This document shows, in pieces, positions 9,658-18,757 of a DNA stretch of 64,000 nt. Where the stretch lies: positions 5,888,001-5,952,000 of the forward strand of contig OY970368.1 of assembly GCA_963718615.1 (NCBI GenBank), given 5' to 3'. A program made the translations under genes and the position numbers. Within the stretch, counting starts at the first letter, position 1. The number at the start of each line of letters is the position of its first letter. Under the pieces are notes generated by a model. That model worked only from the letters and a program-made list of their open reading frames with translations, ran no database searches and was not told the DNA's origin. This stretch comes from an uncultured cyanobacterium. Lineage in GTDB: Bacteria > Cyanobacteriota > Cyanobacteriia > PCC-9006 > JAAUQQ01.

Positions 9658-10100
9658 GCAGCTACATCCTTGGATACATTAGGCCAGCCTGACTCATCTA
9701 CATCATGAATAGGATCGACCAGCAACAACTCTTGCATATCGTTATACTTATTGAGTTCAGCTGGAATGAAGGCTAATCGATTATTACTCAAGTCTTGACT
9801 CAAATCTAGGCTCTGATCTGGAGCGGCTATCCCATCACTCTTTGAAACTAACCCTTCGTTTTCTAAAGACAGAACTAAAGCAGTGAGCGATGCCTGAATT
9901 TCCTCGGGTGAAGATATATATTTTTTCTCAAGTCTATCGCTGATCTCAGCCAACGAGCAGCCATGAATTAGCATTTCCCAAATCTCCGCGCCAGTCTCGA
10001 CAAGACTATAATAGTCTCCCGTCATCATGTTGATAATGACGACTTCTCCTGAGATAGTTTCTTGCAAAACTTGGGGAGCAACTTTAAATCTAGATTCCAT
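9654..10100 (-). CDS. PqqD/RRE family protein with C-terminal leader/core-like extension
   Basis: aa 1-86: ETISGEVVIINMMTGDYYSL.ETGAEIWE.L...SL..I...L...Y......L..EGLV (PqqD fold pattern); aa 111-148 extension FIPAELNKYNDMQELLLVDPIHDVDESGWPN. Confidence 0.85.
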   Translation of the reverse strand: MESRFKVAPQVLQETISGEVVIINMMTGDYYSLVETGAEIWEMLIHGCSLAEISDRLEKKYISSPEEIQASLTALVLSLENEGLVSKSDGIAAPDQSLDLSQDLSNNRLAFIPAELNKYNDMQELLLVDPIHDVDESGWPNVSKDVAA

Positions 10101-10498
10101 GTATTATATAAACTCCAAAAACACAAACCCAAAAAACGACTTGTCTCACTTCAATCCATAACTCTTAATGAATAGTAATGGGAAATGAGCAGTAATGGGA
10201 GCTTAAAATAGCCTAGAGAATGCAGAACAATTATTTTAGGCGATAATACAGGCTAACCGTAATAAAAGCAACAATATCGCCTGTTTTATTAAATAATGTA
10301 AAATTGGCCTGAGATTAATTTCACATTATTGCTCGTCATGATGTACAAGAAAGAATAAGATTTTGCGGCACAAGGCGTGATAGCACTCCTTCTGTCAGGG
10401 CAAGACTATGTCTCATTGCGACACCAAGTGTGCCGTCTTTTAAGGTTCTCTAAGATACAGTGTGTTTTGCGGTTGATTTCCTTACACAAAAAAGTTGT

Positions 10499-11779
10499 AT
10501 GATCGATCTTTTTGCGATCTGTCTTTTCGTTCTATTTTTGATTATCTGTATTCCGATTATACGAATTTTCTGGAAATTTATTATACTATTACGCTCTTTT
10601 AACCGCTCTCCCATAGATTTGAGTAGTTATCCCAAAGCTGCAATTGTCCTTAGCATTCGTGGCGTTGATCCATCTTTGCAATCATGTCTTGAAACGTTGT
10701 TCAATCAAGATTACCCCGATTATTATGTGTCTATTGTTGTAGATAGTGAAGAAGGTGAGGCTTGGCAAGATGTTAATTCGATTGTCCGTCAAGCTGCTCA
10801 AAGGAATATCCAAGTGTCTCCCCTACGCGATCGCTCTAACGCTTGCAGTCTTAAATGTAGTGCTCTAGTCCAAGCAATTTCAGAGCTGGATTCCTCCTAT
10901 GAAATTATTGCCATTATCGATGCAGATGTGGTCACTCACTCTTCTTGGCTGAGAGAACTTGCGACACCGTTAATTGACAATAGTCAGATCGGTATCACCT
11001 CAGGCATCCGGTGGTATGTACCGACTCTTAAAGCAATGGGTTCACTCAAAATGGGCTCGGTAGTTCGTTACCTATGGAATGTTTCTGCCGCGATCAGTAT
11101 GTTTTATTACAACTGTCCTTGGGGCGGATCTATGGCAATGCGGCGATCGCTCTTGCATGAAGGAGGACTTTTAGAGCTTTGGAAAAGAGTTCTATCCGAT
11201 GACAATACGGCTGCCACAACGGCTCAAGGTCTTGGACAGACTATCCAGTTTGTTCCTAGTGTCATTATGCTCAACCGTGAATCTTGTGATTTGTTGGGAT
11301 GTTGGCGCTTTATAAAACGGCAATTTCTATGGTCATGCCTCTATCATCCCCAATGGAATGAAATCATTGTGCGGGTATGGTTGAGAATTATTCTGCTTGG
11401 CATAGCGGCGATTCTTCTGCCCATTGCTCTGTTTACGCAGCAGTGGTCCACGGTATTGTGGACCCTAGGGGGAGTGCTTCTCTATAGCCTGACAATTATT
11501 GCTGCATTGGTCATCTCAGAAGTCGAAATTCGTAAGATTGTACAGTTTCGAGGGGAGAGGATTGAAAACTTTTCGATTGCCCAGATGATTCCCCTTGTTT
11601 TTCCCCTTGTCCTCGCCCATATCGTCTCTTTGGCTGGAGCGGTTGCAGCAACGACTATGCACCAAGTTGAGTGGCGAGGAATTAGGTACGACATCCAGAA
11701 TCCATTCCAGGTAAGCCTTCTCAACTACAAGCCCTATGGCACTGTATCTGTTGAGCGCAGTAATCGATCCATTCTGTAG
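10499..11779 (+). CDS. Membrane glycosyltransferase (GT2/GT21, HpnI/ceramide glucosyltransferase-like); ORF track start 10460
   Basis: N-terminal TM, L.QDYPDY, K..AL, IIDADV, WGGSMA, SDD, RQ..W motif, C-terminal TMs and VEWRGIRY. Confidence 0.8.
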   Translation: MIDLFAICLFVLFLIICIPIIRIFWKFIILLRSFNRSPIDLSSYPKAAIVLSIRGVDPSLQSCLETLFNQDYPDYYVSIVVDSEEGEAWQDVNSIVRQAAQRNIQVSPLRDRSNACSLKCSALVQAISELDSSYEIIAIIDADVVTHSSWLRELATPLIDNSQIGITSGIRWYVPTLKAMGSLKMGSVVRYLWNVSAAISMFYYNCPWGGSMAMRRSLLHEGGLLELWKRVLSDDNTAATTAQGLGQTIQFVPSVIMLNRESCDLLGCWRFIKRQFLWSCLYHPQWNEIIVRVWLRIILLGIAAILLPIALFTQQWSTVLWTLGGVLLYSLTIIAALVISEVEIRKIVQFRGERIENFSIAQMIPLVFPLVLAHIVSLAGAVAATTMHQVEWRGIRYDIQNPFQVSLLNYKPYGTVSVERSNRSIL

Positions 11780-11812
11780 TGAAATCCCTGAAAATACTTA
11801 TCTAGTTTTGGT

Positions 11813-12814
11813 TTATATCTCTTCCCTGTCACTATGATTAGGTAAATTATTCTGATTACTGTAGCGAAGAGAAACTCTCAATTTGAAGATTTCTATGGGA
11901 GTTAGCCAACGCTGTGTCTTTTTCATTTGTTTATAGTGTACGCATGACGTGCAGGGAATATCTTCTCTTTCCTCTTTTTTCCCCAACAACATATCTCTGG
12001 CGTAGGAGATTTTGGAACCCGTAAGAACTTCCTCTAAATCATCTTTAAACGCATTGCCAAAATCTCCCCAAAAATTTACACAACATCCCAATACACGGCC
12101 ATCCCAGTTGATTTGAGGAATATTCCAGAGCTGACTACAGGCTTCCTGATGCAAGATATCTTCTGAGAGCGTCTCTACGGCTATCGACTCCTCACATTCA
12201 CCCGAAGACAAATCTTCATCCCAGGAAGGTTTTAGAAAGAATCGCATCCCCAGCGACTTCGCTAAATCATGTGCTTTTTGAATCTCATGTTGATTATGCT
12301 TAAAACTAACAAACTGCCAGCCCAGATCAGGAAATAGAGTACGATACTTTTTCTTGTAAAAGTTTAATCTTTCGATGTTTGCTATAACTCTATTGAAGTC
12401 TCCTTCCCTTCGATACAAACTATAAGTTTCTGGGGTTGCACCGTCGATTGAACAAGTGATTGCGTAAAACTTATATTTACACAGTCCTTCCAAGACTTCT
12501 TCTTTTACCGTATTAAAGTTTACGCCATTCCTGGCTGTCAATCTAATGCTGTGCTCATGTGCGTATTTCATAATGTCAAGAATCTGCGGATTTAAGAATA
12601 TCTCTCCCCAGTTTGACAGTTCTATGGACAGGATTTGAGGATTTTTATCCAATAAAGTTTTAAAATCATCGAATTTGAGAAATCCTCCTCCAAGATGCTT
12701 CTTGATTTCGCCCATGGCTGTCGGACAAGAAGGACATTTTAATTGGCAGTTTGACGATGCTTCTAATCGAATATTTTGAAATTGATTATGGGATTGCATA
12801 GATTTTGTTGTCAC
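11813..12814 (-). CDS. Radical SAM protein with SPASM/twitch domain
   Basis: CQLKCPSC (CxxxCxxC), NWGE, SIDG; C-terminal CSQLW...INWDGRVLGCC...CTSC. Confidence 0.88.
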   Translation of the reverse strand: MTTKSMQSHNQFQNIRLEASSNCQLKCPSCPTAMGEIKKHLGGGFLKFDDFKTLLDKNPQILSIELSNWGEIFLNPQILDIMKYAHEHSIRLTARNGVNFNTVKEEVLEGLCKYKFYAITCSIDGATPETYSLYRREGDFNRVIANIERLNFYKKKYRTLFPDLGWQFVSFKHNQHEIQKAHDLAKSLGMRFFLKPSWDEDLSSGECEESIAVETLSEDILHQEACSQLWNIPQINWDGRVLGCCVNFWGDFGNAFKDDLEEVLTGSKISYARDMLLGKKEEREDIPCTSCVHYKQMKKTQRWLTPIEIFKLRVSLRYSNQNNLPNHSDREEI

Positions 12815-13030
12815 ACTTGTGTTTATATAGATTCTCGCGGCTAGGCTTTGAGTGCTAGATGCTGGAAAATTGAAAACAGTAAACCCACGACTCCTTAGGA
12901 ATGGGTCATCAAGTATCTCAAAGAGACCAAGCTAAAGAATACATCAATCGCTCAGTGATCCTTGTATTCTACCAGACTAGTTGATAGGGTACCAAAGCAC
13001 TCGCCTCTACAGAGGCTAACTCTCTCGTCG

Positions 13031-13948
13031 TTATTTATCTCGTTGGAACCTTGCACTTAGGGAATAAATCAGCAATCCTGTCCAAATCAAGCCAAACGTA
13101 AGTCCATGGGCTGATGTAAACGGTTCATGATACAACAAAACTCCTAGCGCTAGCTGTAGACTGGGCGCGAGATATTGAAAGAGGCCCAGGGTTGAAAGTC
13201 GCAGCCGCTTTGCCGCATTGTTAAACCAGAGCAACGGCAGGGACGTGACTAACCCAGACCCCACAAACAAAAGCGTGAATCCTGGTGTTTGGGTAAAATG
13301 CCCCGTCCCTGTGGCTTGCCAATGGAGCGCAAAGGCAAGCGCTACTGGCATGAGCAGCATTGTTTCCACTGCTAGCCCCACCATTGGAGCCACGGGAACG
13401 AGCTTGCGGAGCAGCCCATAGAAAGCAAATGAAATCGCCAAAATCAGCGCAATCCAAGGGACTTGTCCCAGTTGCCAAATAAACAAGCCAACGCCTAAGG
13501 TTGCTAAACCAACCGCAATTTGTTGCCAGCGGGTGAAGCGTTCTTGCATGAAGAGAAAGCCTAAAACCACTGTCACCAAGGGATTGATAAAATAGCCCAG
13601 ACTGGTTTCGACGACGCGATCGCTATTCACCCCGTAAATATAAATTCCCCAATTGCAGGCCAACAGCGACGCACTCAAAAACAGCATGAAAACGAGGCGG
13701 GGCGATCGCCACACCCCCAGCAGTTCCCGCCAACGCCCCAGCCCCATTAGCAAAAGCAAGAGCAATCCCGTAGACCAAATCATTCGATGACTCAAGACTT
13801 CCGCCGCCGGAATGCCCTTGCCAAACAACTTCCAGTACATTGGGAACAAACCCCAAGCTCCGTAGGCCAGGATGGCGTAGAGGGGGCCGAAGCGATCGCC
13901 CGGTAAAGGTTGAGCGGCCTGGGAGAGCAGCGGAGAAGAAGAAGCCAA
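13031..13948 (-). CDS. rarD: EamA family transporter RarD
   Basis: AYGAWGLFPMYWK, HRMIWS, NWGIYIYGVN, SLGYFINPL, LGLFQYLAPSLQ. Confidence 0.92.
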   Translation of the reverse strand: MASSSPLLSQAAQPLPGDRFGPLYAILAYGAWGLFPMYWKLFGKGIPAAEVLSHRMIWSTGLLLLLLMGLGRWRELLGVWRSPRLVFMLFLSASLLACNWGIYIYGVNSDRVVETSLGYFINPLVTVVLGFLFMQERFTRWQQIAVGLATLGVGLFIWQLGQVPWIALILAISFAFYGLLRKLVPVAPMVGLAVETMLLMPVALAFALHWQATGTGHFTQTPGFTLLFVGSGLVTSLPLLWFNNAAKRLRLSTLGLFQYLAPSLQLALGVLLYHEPFTSAHGLTFGLIWTGLLIYSLSARFQRDK

Positions 13949-14125
13949 AGGACGGACCCCATGGAATATCAGTGATCATGAGCCTTCACCCTAGCGATCG
14001 ACTCTGCCCTTCGCCAAGGCACAGCTCAGCCCGATTTTCGCCAACACAGATGCCAATGGCCCTAAATCCACCGTAATCGCGCTAAAAATGGACTACTGAC
14101 CTTTTATCGAACTCTAGCTATCCCC

Positions 14126-14365
14126 ATGTCTGGACTGGCGATTTTGATCGCGATCATTGTCATCGTCTTGCTCTGGTCTCAGTTTCGCCCAGGCCGTAGC
14201 AGCCCCTTGGGCCGAGGCAATAGCGCCAGGCAGCTAAGCAAACGCGTGGGTAAACAGGCGGCCAAGCGTCTGATCCAGCAGGTGCAGCGCAGCCATCCCG
14301 ATCGATCGCGCGACTGGTGTGCCGATAAAGCACTGTTTGATCTAGAGCGCGATCGCCGCTATTAG
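14126..14365 (+). CDS. Small single-TM hypothetical protein
   Basis: N-terminal hydrophobic helix; C-terminal A.RLI......PDRSRDW..DKA..DLERDR resembles a conserved cyanobacterial family. Confidence 0.7.
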   Translation: MSGLAILIAIIVIVLLWSQFRPGRSSPLGRGNSARQLSKRVGKQAAKRLIQQVQRSHPDRSRDWCADKALFDLERDRRY

Positions 14366-14510
14366 ACGCTGAGTAAGAATTTTTTGTATTGATTTCAACA
14401 AATCCCATTAAAGCCCGTTGCCGAAAAATTCCGATCCCTTAAGATAAAGCCTGCAACCCCGATCATTAGTACTGTGCTTGTCCGCCGTTTTTCACGGGTG
14501 CCATCTTCCT

Positions 14511-14966
14511 ATGACTAACCTTGAACTCGATGCTTTTCTGGCACAATGTTGTCAGCAGCTAGAGCGACGTCAAGCCTATCTCGTGCAGGAGTTTGGGCTG
14601 GGGCAGTGCGAGCGCTTTATCTTGGATTTAGAGCGGGGCTTACTGTCGGGATGCGATCGCCAACAGGTTCGCCTCCAAGCGAATATCACCCCCATTGGCT
14701 CCTACTGCCTGCGGCAGCGGCAGTGGCGGTGGGCTTGGGCTGATCAGAAGGTATCGCCCAGCCTCAAGGCAGAAGCAGCCTATCTCAAAGGCTTAGCCCA
14801 TCAGACAGGCTTAGCATTTTTTCAAGCAGAATCGTTCGAATCCGATGAACAATTGACCTGGGAACTCACGGCCATGGCCTGCCATTACCTGGACGCGGCA
14901 GGCTGGTATCGCATGGCGTCGGATGAGGGATTTTGGATTCTGGCACTCAACTCCATAGAGGGTTAG
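14511..14966 (+). CDS. Hypothetical protein (DUF6882-like); ORF track start 14478
   Basis: IGSY....QWRWAWAD and W.LTA.A...L.A.G.YR motifs. Confidence 0.55.
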   Translation: MTNLELDAFLAQCCQQLERRQAYLVQEFGLGQCERFILDLERGLLSGCDRQQVRLQANITPIGSYCLRQRQWRWAWADQKVSPSLKAEAAYLKGLAHQTGLAFFQAESFESDEQLTWELTAMACHYLDAAGWYRMASDEGFWILALNSIEG

Positions 14967-14987
14967 CACAAACCTTAAACATAGACC

Positions 14988-15734
14988 TTAAGTATAAATC
15001 TTAAACAGCGTCCCCTGGGCCGGGGGCCTCGCTTCTTGCAGGGTCACTGCCTGTTTTTCAAACCGGAGCTGAGTCGCTTTCAATTGTGTTTCAAACTGGG
15101 CTTGATAGGGACGATTTGGATCGATCAACCAGCATTGTCCCTGAGGTTTTAACACCGACTGAATGAGACCTAGTAAGGGTTCAATATTTCGCGTTTCGTA
15201 AATAACATCTGAAGCCAGCAGGAGATCAACTTCTAGACCTGCCGGGGGAACGCGCCAGTCCAGGGGGAGAGTCTCGAATTGTTCGCAGGGATGGAAGCCG
15301 TTGGCGATCGCATTCTCCGCCGCAAACCTCAACGCCGCGCTGTCATAGTCACTAAAGCAAACCCAAAACCCTTGCGCTAGGGCCGCGACACCGGGTAGAC
15401 CGACGCCACAACCGATTTCCAGCGCCCTGAGACCCATAGGCCAGCGGTTCAAAAGGATCGCTTGGGCGAGCATTTGGGCGGAGGGCCAGAGGTCGGCCCA
15501 ATAAGGCATATATTCGTCCCGCTCAAAGGCTTGATGGGTCGCGGGGTGGTCGAGCAGGGCGTCAATATTGCCGGGGTAGCGGATAGAAAAGGGGCGATCG
15601 CCCCGCCAATGACCATTGGAATCTTCCCATCCCAAGGTTTCAAACGTCAGAATTCGTTCTACAACCGAGCCTAAGGCTTCAGTTGGCGTCTCATGGAGAA
15701 AGGGTTGGGAGGGCATAACCAAACAGCCATACAA
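14988..15734 (-). CDS. Class I SAM-dependent methyltransferase (Methyltransf_16-like)
   Basis: PYWADLWPSA, LEIGCGVGLPG, SDY, LDWR, ASDVIYE. Confidence 0.88.
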   Translation of the reverse strand: MYGCLVMPSQPFLHETPTEALGSVVERILTFETLGWEDSNGHWRGDRPFSIRYPGNIDALLDHPATHQAFERDEYMPYWADLWPSAQMLAQAILLNRWPMGLRALEIGCGVGLPGVAALAQGFWVCFSDYDSAALRFAAENAIANGFHPCEQFETLPLDWRVPPAGLEVDLLLASDVIYETRNIEPLLGLIQSVLKPQGQCWLIDPNRPYQAQFETQLKATQLRFEKQAVTLQEARPPAQGTLFKIYT

Positions 15735-15780
15735 TAACGGTCATTCCAAGCAGACAAAAACAACAGGTAAAAAAGAATCC

Positions 15781-15827
15781 AAAAAAACAGGGACAATAGA
15801 CTATCTTAGAATAGCCCATTGTCCTGC
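15781..15827 (-). terminator. Putative intrinsic terminator downstream of csbD-like gene
   Basis: Minus strand CAGGACAATGGGCTATTCTAAGATAGTCTATTGTCCCTG forms a hairpin followed by TTTTTTT. Confidence 0.6.
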
Positions 15828-15966
15828 GATTCATTATTCCTCAATTCTCCTGTTGAGAACTTCCCTGTCGAAGATATTGGATTAATGATTGACCGATTGT
15901 CAAACACCCGTTAAATGCGCGTTTAATAGTATACCGAGAGTATTTCGTCAAACGCTAATCGATGAG

Positions 15967-16149
15967 TTAATCGATAACTCTTTTGGCTTGGTCCTTAACA
16001 TCTTCGACGGCATGACGGCCTTCCGCTTCCGCTTGCTTCCCTTGACCTTCAATCTGGTCTTTCTCGCTACCGGTGACTTTGCCTACTGTCTCTTGGATTT
16101 TACCTTCGACATTCTTAGCCGTTGCTTTGGCGCGATCTTCTAAACTCAT
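15967..16149 (-). CDS. CsbD family stress protein
   Basis: MSLEDRAKATAKNVEGKIQETVGKVTG...EGQGKQAEA; AGGAG upstream of ATG at 16149. Confidence 0.9.
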   Translation of the reverse strand: MSLEDRAKATAKNVEGKIQETVGKVTGSEKDQIEGQGKQAEAEGRHAVEDVKDQAKRVID

Positions 16150-16453
16150 GACTGGTCGTCTCCTAATTGATAGGGTTGAAACCTTGGATTTCGTCTTGTT
16201 CAACCTAAACCTAAATTTAGATGAAAACCAAGCCCCTGAATATCGCCCTAAGGAGTTGTTTGTTACTATGATTGACTCTTTCTAAAGATGCAGGCCATGG
16301 AATTTTGCAAAATCCAAAGATACAGAAGCCCAAAGATATGCTCAAAGAGATAAAGGTATTGAGCGTTACACACCTGCCCCCACAGCACGCTGGCCCGATC
16401 CCCTATCACCCTTTAGTCTGGTGGGACTGAGTTGATTCTAGCGAGGCAGCACC

Positions 16454-17134
16454 ATGGTTCCGTCGATTCAACAAGAGCGCAAGCGTTCAGGAAAGCTCCT
16501 CATGCGGGGTCTAAAGCACAGCTTGGTGCTGGCCAAGATGCGAGTCCATGCCATCGGGACTCGACTCTCCCGTCGGTTGCAGAGGGCAGTCTTCACATGG
16601 CCTTCGCGGGTGGGCTGGATTGATACGGTGATTGTGACGCTGCTTTATGGTTGTATTGCTCTCGTGGTAGGGTTTGCGTCAGGTTTAGTGAATCCGCCTA
16701 TTCCCAGCGAAATTTCCCGCGAGCTGTTTGCACCCAAAGCCTTGGTTGCGGCGCTTCTACCCGACCATTTTTGGACCTTTGCGGGAATATCGTTTTTGCT
16801 GCCTGCGCTGGCGGAGGAGTTGGTGTTTCGGGTTTTGTGGGTGCCTCGCCGGGAGGAGCGATCGCCCCGCTGGCGAAAATGGGCCTGGGCGGCCTTGGCC
16901 TTGGGTGCTTTTGTCCTCTGGCATCCGCTCAATGCAAGATTCTTTTTAACCGATGCCCAATCGGTTTTCACGCAACCCAGCTTTCTCGGTCTAGCCGCAC
17001 TTTTAGGCTTGGCCTGTACGGTGTTGTATCAGCGGACGGGTTCAGTTTGGAGTCCGGTGGTGTTTCATTGGTTGGTTGGAGTGGGCTGGAAACTGTTGGG
17101 TGGGTTTGCTTGGCTAGAATCCCTAGGACGCTAG
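16454..17134 (+). CDS. CPBP (CAAX/Abi) family intramembrane glutamic protease
   Basis: EELVFR, FVLWH and SPVVFHW motifs, multiple TMs. Confidence 0.85.
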   Translation: MVPSIQQERKRSGKLLMRGLKHSLVLAKMRVHAIGTRLSRRLQRAVFTWPSRVGWIDTVIVTLLYGCIALVVGFASGLVNPPIPSEISRELFAPKALVAALLPDHFWTFAGISFLLPALAEELVFRVLWVPRREERSPRWRKWAWAALALGAFVLWHPLNARFFLTDAQSVFTQPSFLGLAALLGLACTVLYQRTGSVWSPVVFHWLVGVGWKLLGGFAWLESLGR

Positions 17135-17178
17135 CAAACGCCAAATTCGTAAACGCTAAATTGATATGGGCATCAAGA

Positions 17179-18582
17179 CTACCAAGGACTACTCACCATG
17201 GTAAAGCTTGCCCAATAGAAAGGATTGGACAAGTCATCCGTTGTCGGAATTTCCAAGGCATCTGGCAAATCAACTGCGCCCCTAGACAACTGTAGTCGAA
17301 TGCCTTGGGATGTTGTAGCGCTGTTCTCTTCAAACCGCACTTCTCCTCGCAGCATCCGCAATTGGGCTTGCCGCAGCGCCTCGGCTTTAGTCGATGCCGT
17401 CCCTAGTTGGCTATAGAACTCTCCCATGAGTGCCAGCGTTTCCGCATCATTGACATTCCACAAACTTGCGACAGCCGATTTAACGCCTGATTGGAGCGCC
17501 ATCCCGGCAAACCCAAGCTCTGCTTGGTCATCCCCCAAAGCCGTTGAGCAGGCACTCAGCACCAAGAGCTCCAGCGGACGCCAGTGCAAATGATGCATGT
17601 GATCTAGAGCCAAGGGTTGATCCCACAACTGAATATAGGATTGTGCCGGTTTGCCTGTTCGGAAGGCGGCGTGGGTTGCGAGATGCGCCACATCAAAGGC
17701 TTGGGAGCTGAGGGCATTGCGTAGGTTTTTGAGCGTGAACGTTTCGTTTAAAAAGGACTGGCCTTGCCAAGGGCGTTGAGAGGTTTTAGTCGTCTGTAGT
17801 TCTTCAATAATGGTATTTAATTCCAGCGGAACGGCTGGCAATGGATCTTGTGTTTGAAACTTAGATGCTCCCATGGCCAAAATTTTTCGTTCTGGCAAAC
17901 CCGTATAATGGGTGTCAATGAGATTAAATGCCGGAATTCGCGTTAGCGCATACTTTTCAATTAAATATTGCTGACCGTCATGGAGGGCTGCGATCGGTAT
18001 CCCTCGTAACCCTTGGCCTAAACAGACGAGGATTGTATCGATGTTTTGTGCCTGCAAATAGTCCGCCTCAAAGGGCTTAATGATCCAATCATGCAACTTC
18101 TGAGCAGCAGCCAGCCGCACGATGGGCCGAGGGCTCACCACATCGCGATAAAACCGATGCACTGTGGTATCCAGTTGGGGACGAGCGGCCTCGGCTAAAT
18201 CTCGCACAATTGGTGCTTGCCCTGGTGTAATTAAAACCAAATGCAGTTCTTTTTCCCGAGGCATGACCCAGAGGACTGCGGGTTTTGTGCTGGTTTGTTC
18301 GCCAACCTGGGTGAGGGTCTGGGCGATCGCCGCTGGATCCTGGGTCACCTCTGTCAAATCCCGCCCAAAATAATCCTCAAACTCGGTCTCTAGACGTCGC
18401 TCCATGGCTAAGACTTGGTTGGATAGGCTGACTTCGGCGGCGATCGCCTCTCCCGGTCGGAGAAGATTAGGCACAAGACTAGGCCCTAAACCGACCCCAA
18501 GCACGAATACAAAGCTCAAGATTGCCCAAATCCATCTACGGCTTTTGCCCCTCAATGTCATTTTCATGAATGCCATTGCCAT
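17179..18582 (-). CDS. CHAT domain protein with N-terminal signal/TM segment
   Basis: HLATHA (His) and LVLSACSTALG (Cys) dyad intact; ASLWNVND; PFYWASF. Confidence 0.88.
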   Translation of the reverse strand: MAMAFMKMTLRGKSRRWIWAILSFVFVLGVGLGPSLVPNLLRPGEAIAAEVSLSNQVLAMERRLETEFEDYFGRDLTEVTQDPAAIAQTLTQVGEQTSTKPAVLWVMPREKELHLVLITPGQAPIVRDLAEAARPQLDTTVHRFYRDVVSPRPIVRLAAAQKLHDWIIKPFEADYLQAQNIDTILVCLGQGLRGIPIAALHDGQQYLIEKYALTRIPAFNLIDTHYTGLPERKILAMGASKFQTQDPLPAVPLELNTIIEELQTTKTSQRPWQGQSFLNETFTLKNLRNALSSQAFDVAHLATHAAFRTGKPAQSYIQLWDQPLALDHMHHLHWRPLELLVLSACSTALGDDQAELGFAGMALQSGVKSAVASLWNVNDAETLALMGEFYSQLGTASTKAEALRQAQLRMLRGEVRFEENSATTSQGIRLQLSRGAVDLPDALEIPTTDDLSNPFYWASFTMVSSPW

Positions 18583-18757
18583 GATCGTGTCCCTTCTCCG
18601 GAGAAACCTTGAGCATGATCGTTGTAATTATTACTAGCATTAAAATCTGCCTTTGGGTAGAGATTGAAGGCAGAGGTAGACAATTATGCTTGGGTCGTTT
18701 CTGCAATGGCTGGGTAAAATGCTTCTACATCCTTCAAAGAGCGTTGATAGATGTTCT

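Noticed and set aside
2-12814. Calling the cluster a complete lasso peptide BGC
   Set aside because: No lasso cyclase, leader peptidase or canonical precursor in the window; they could lie beyond the left edge
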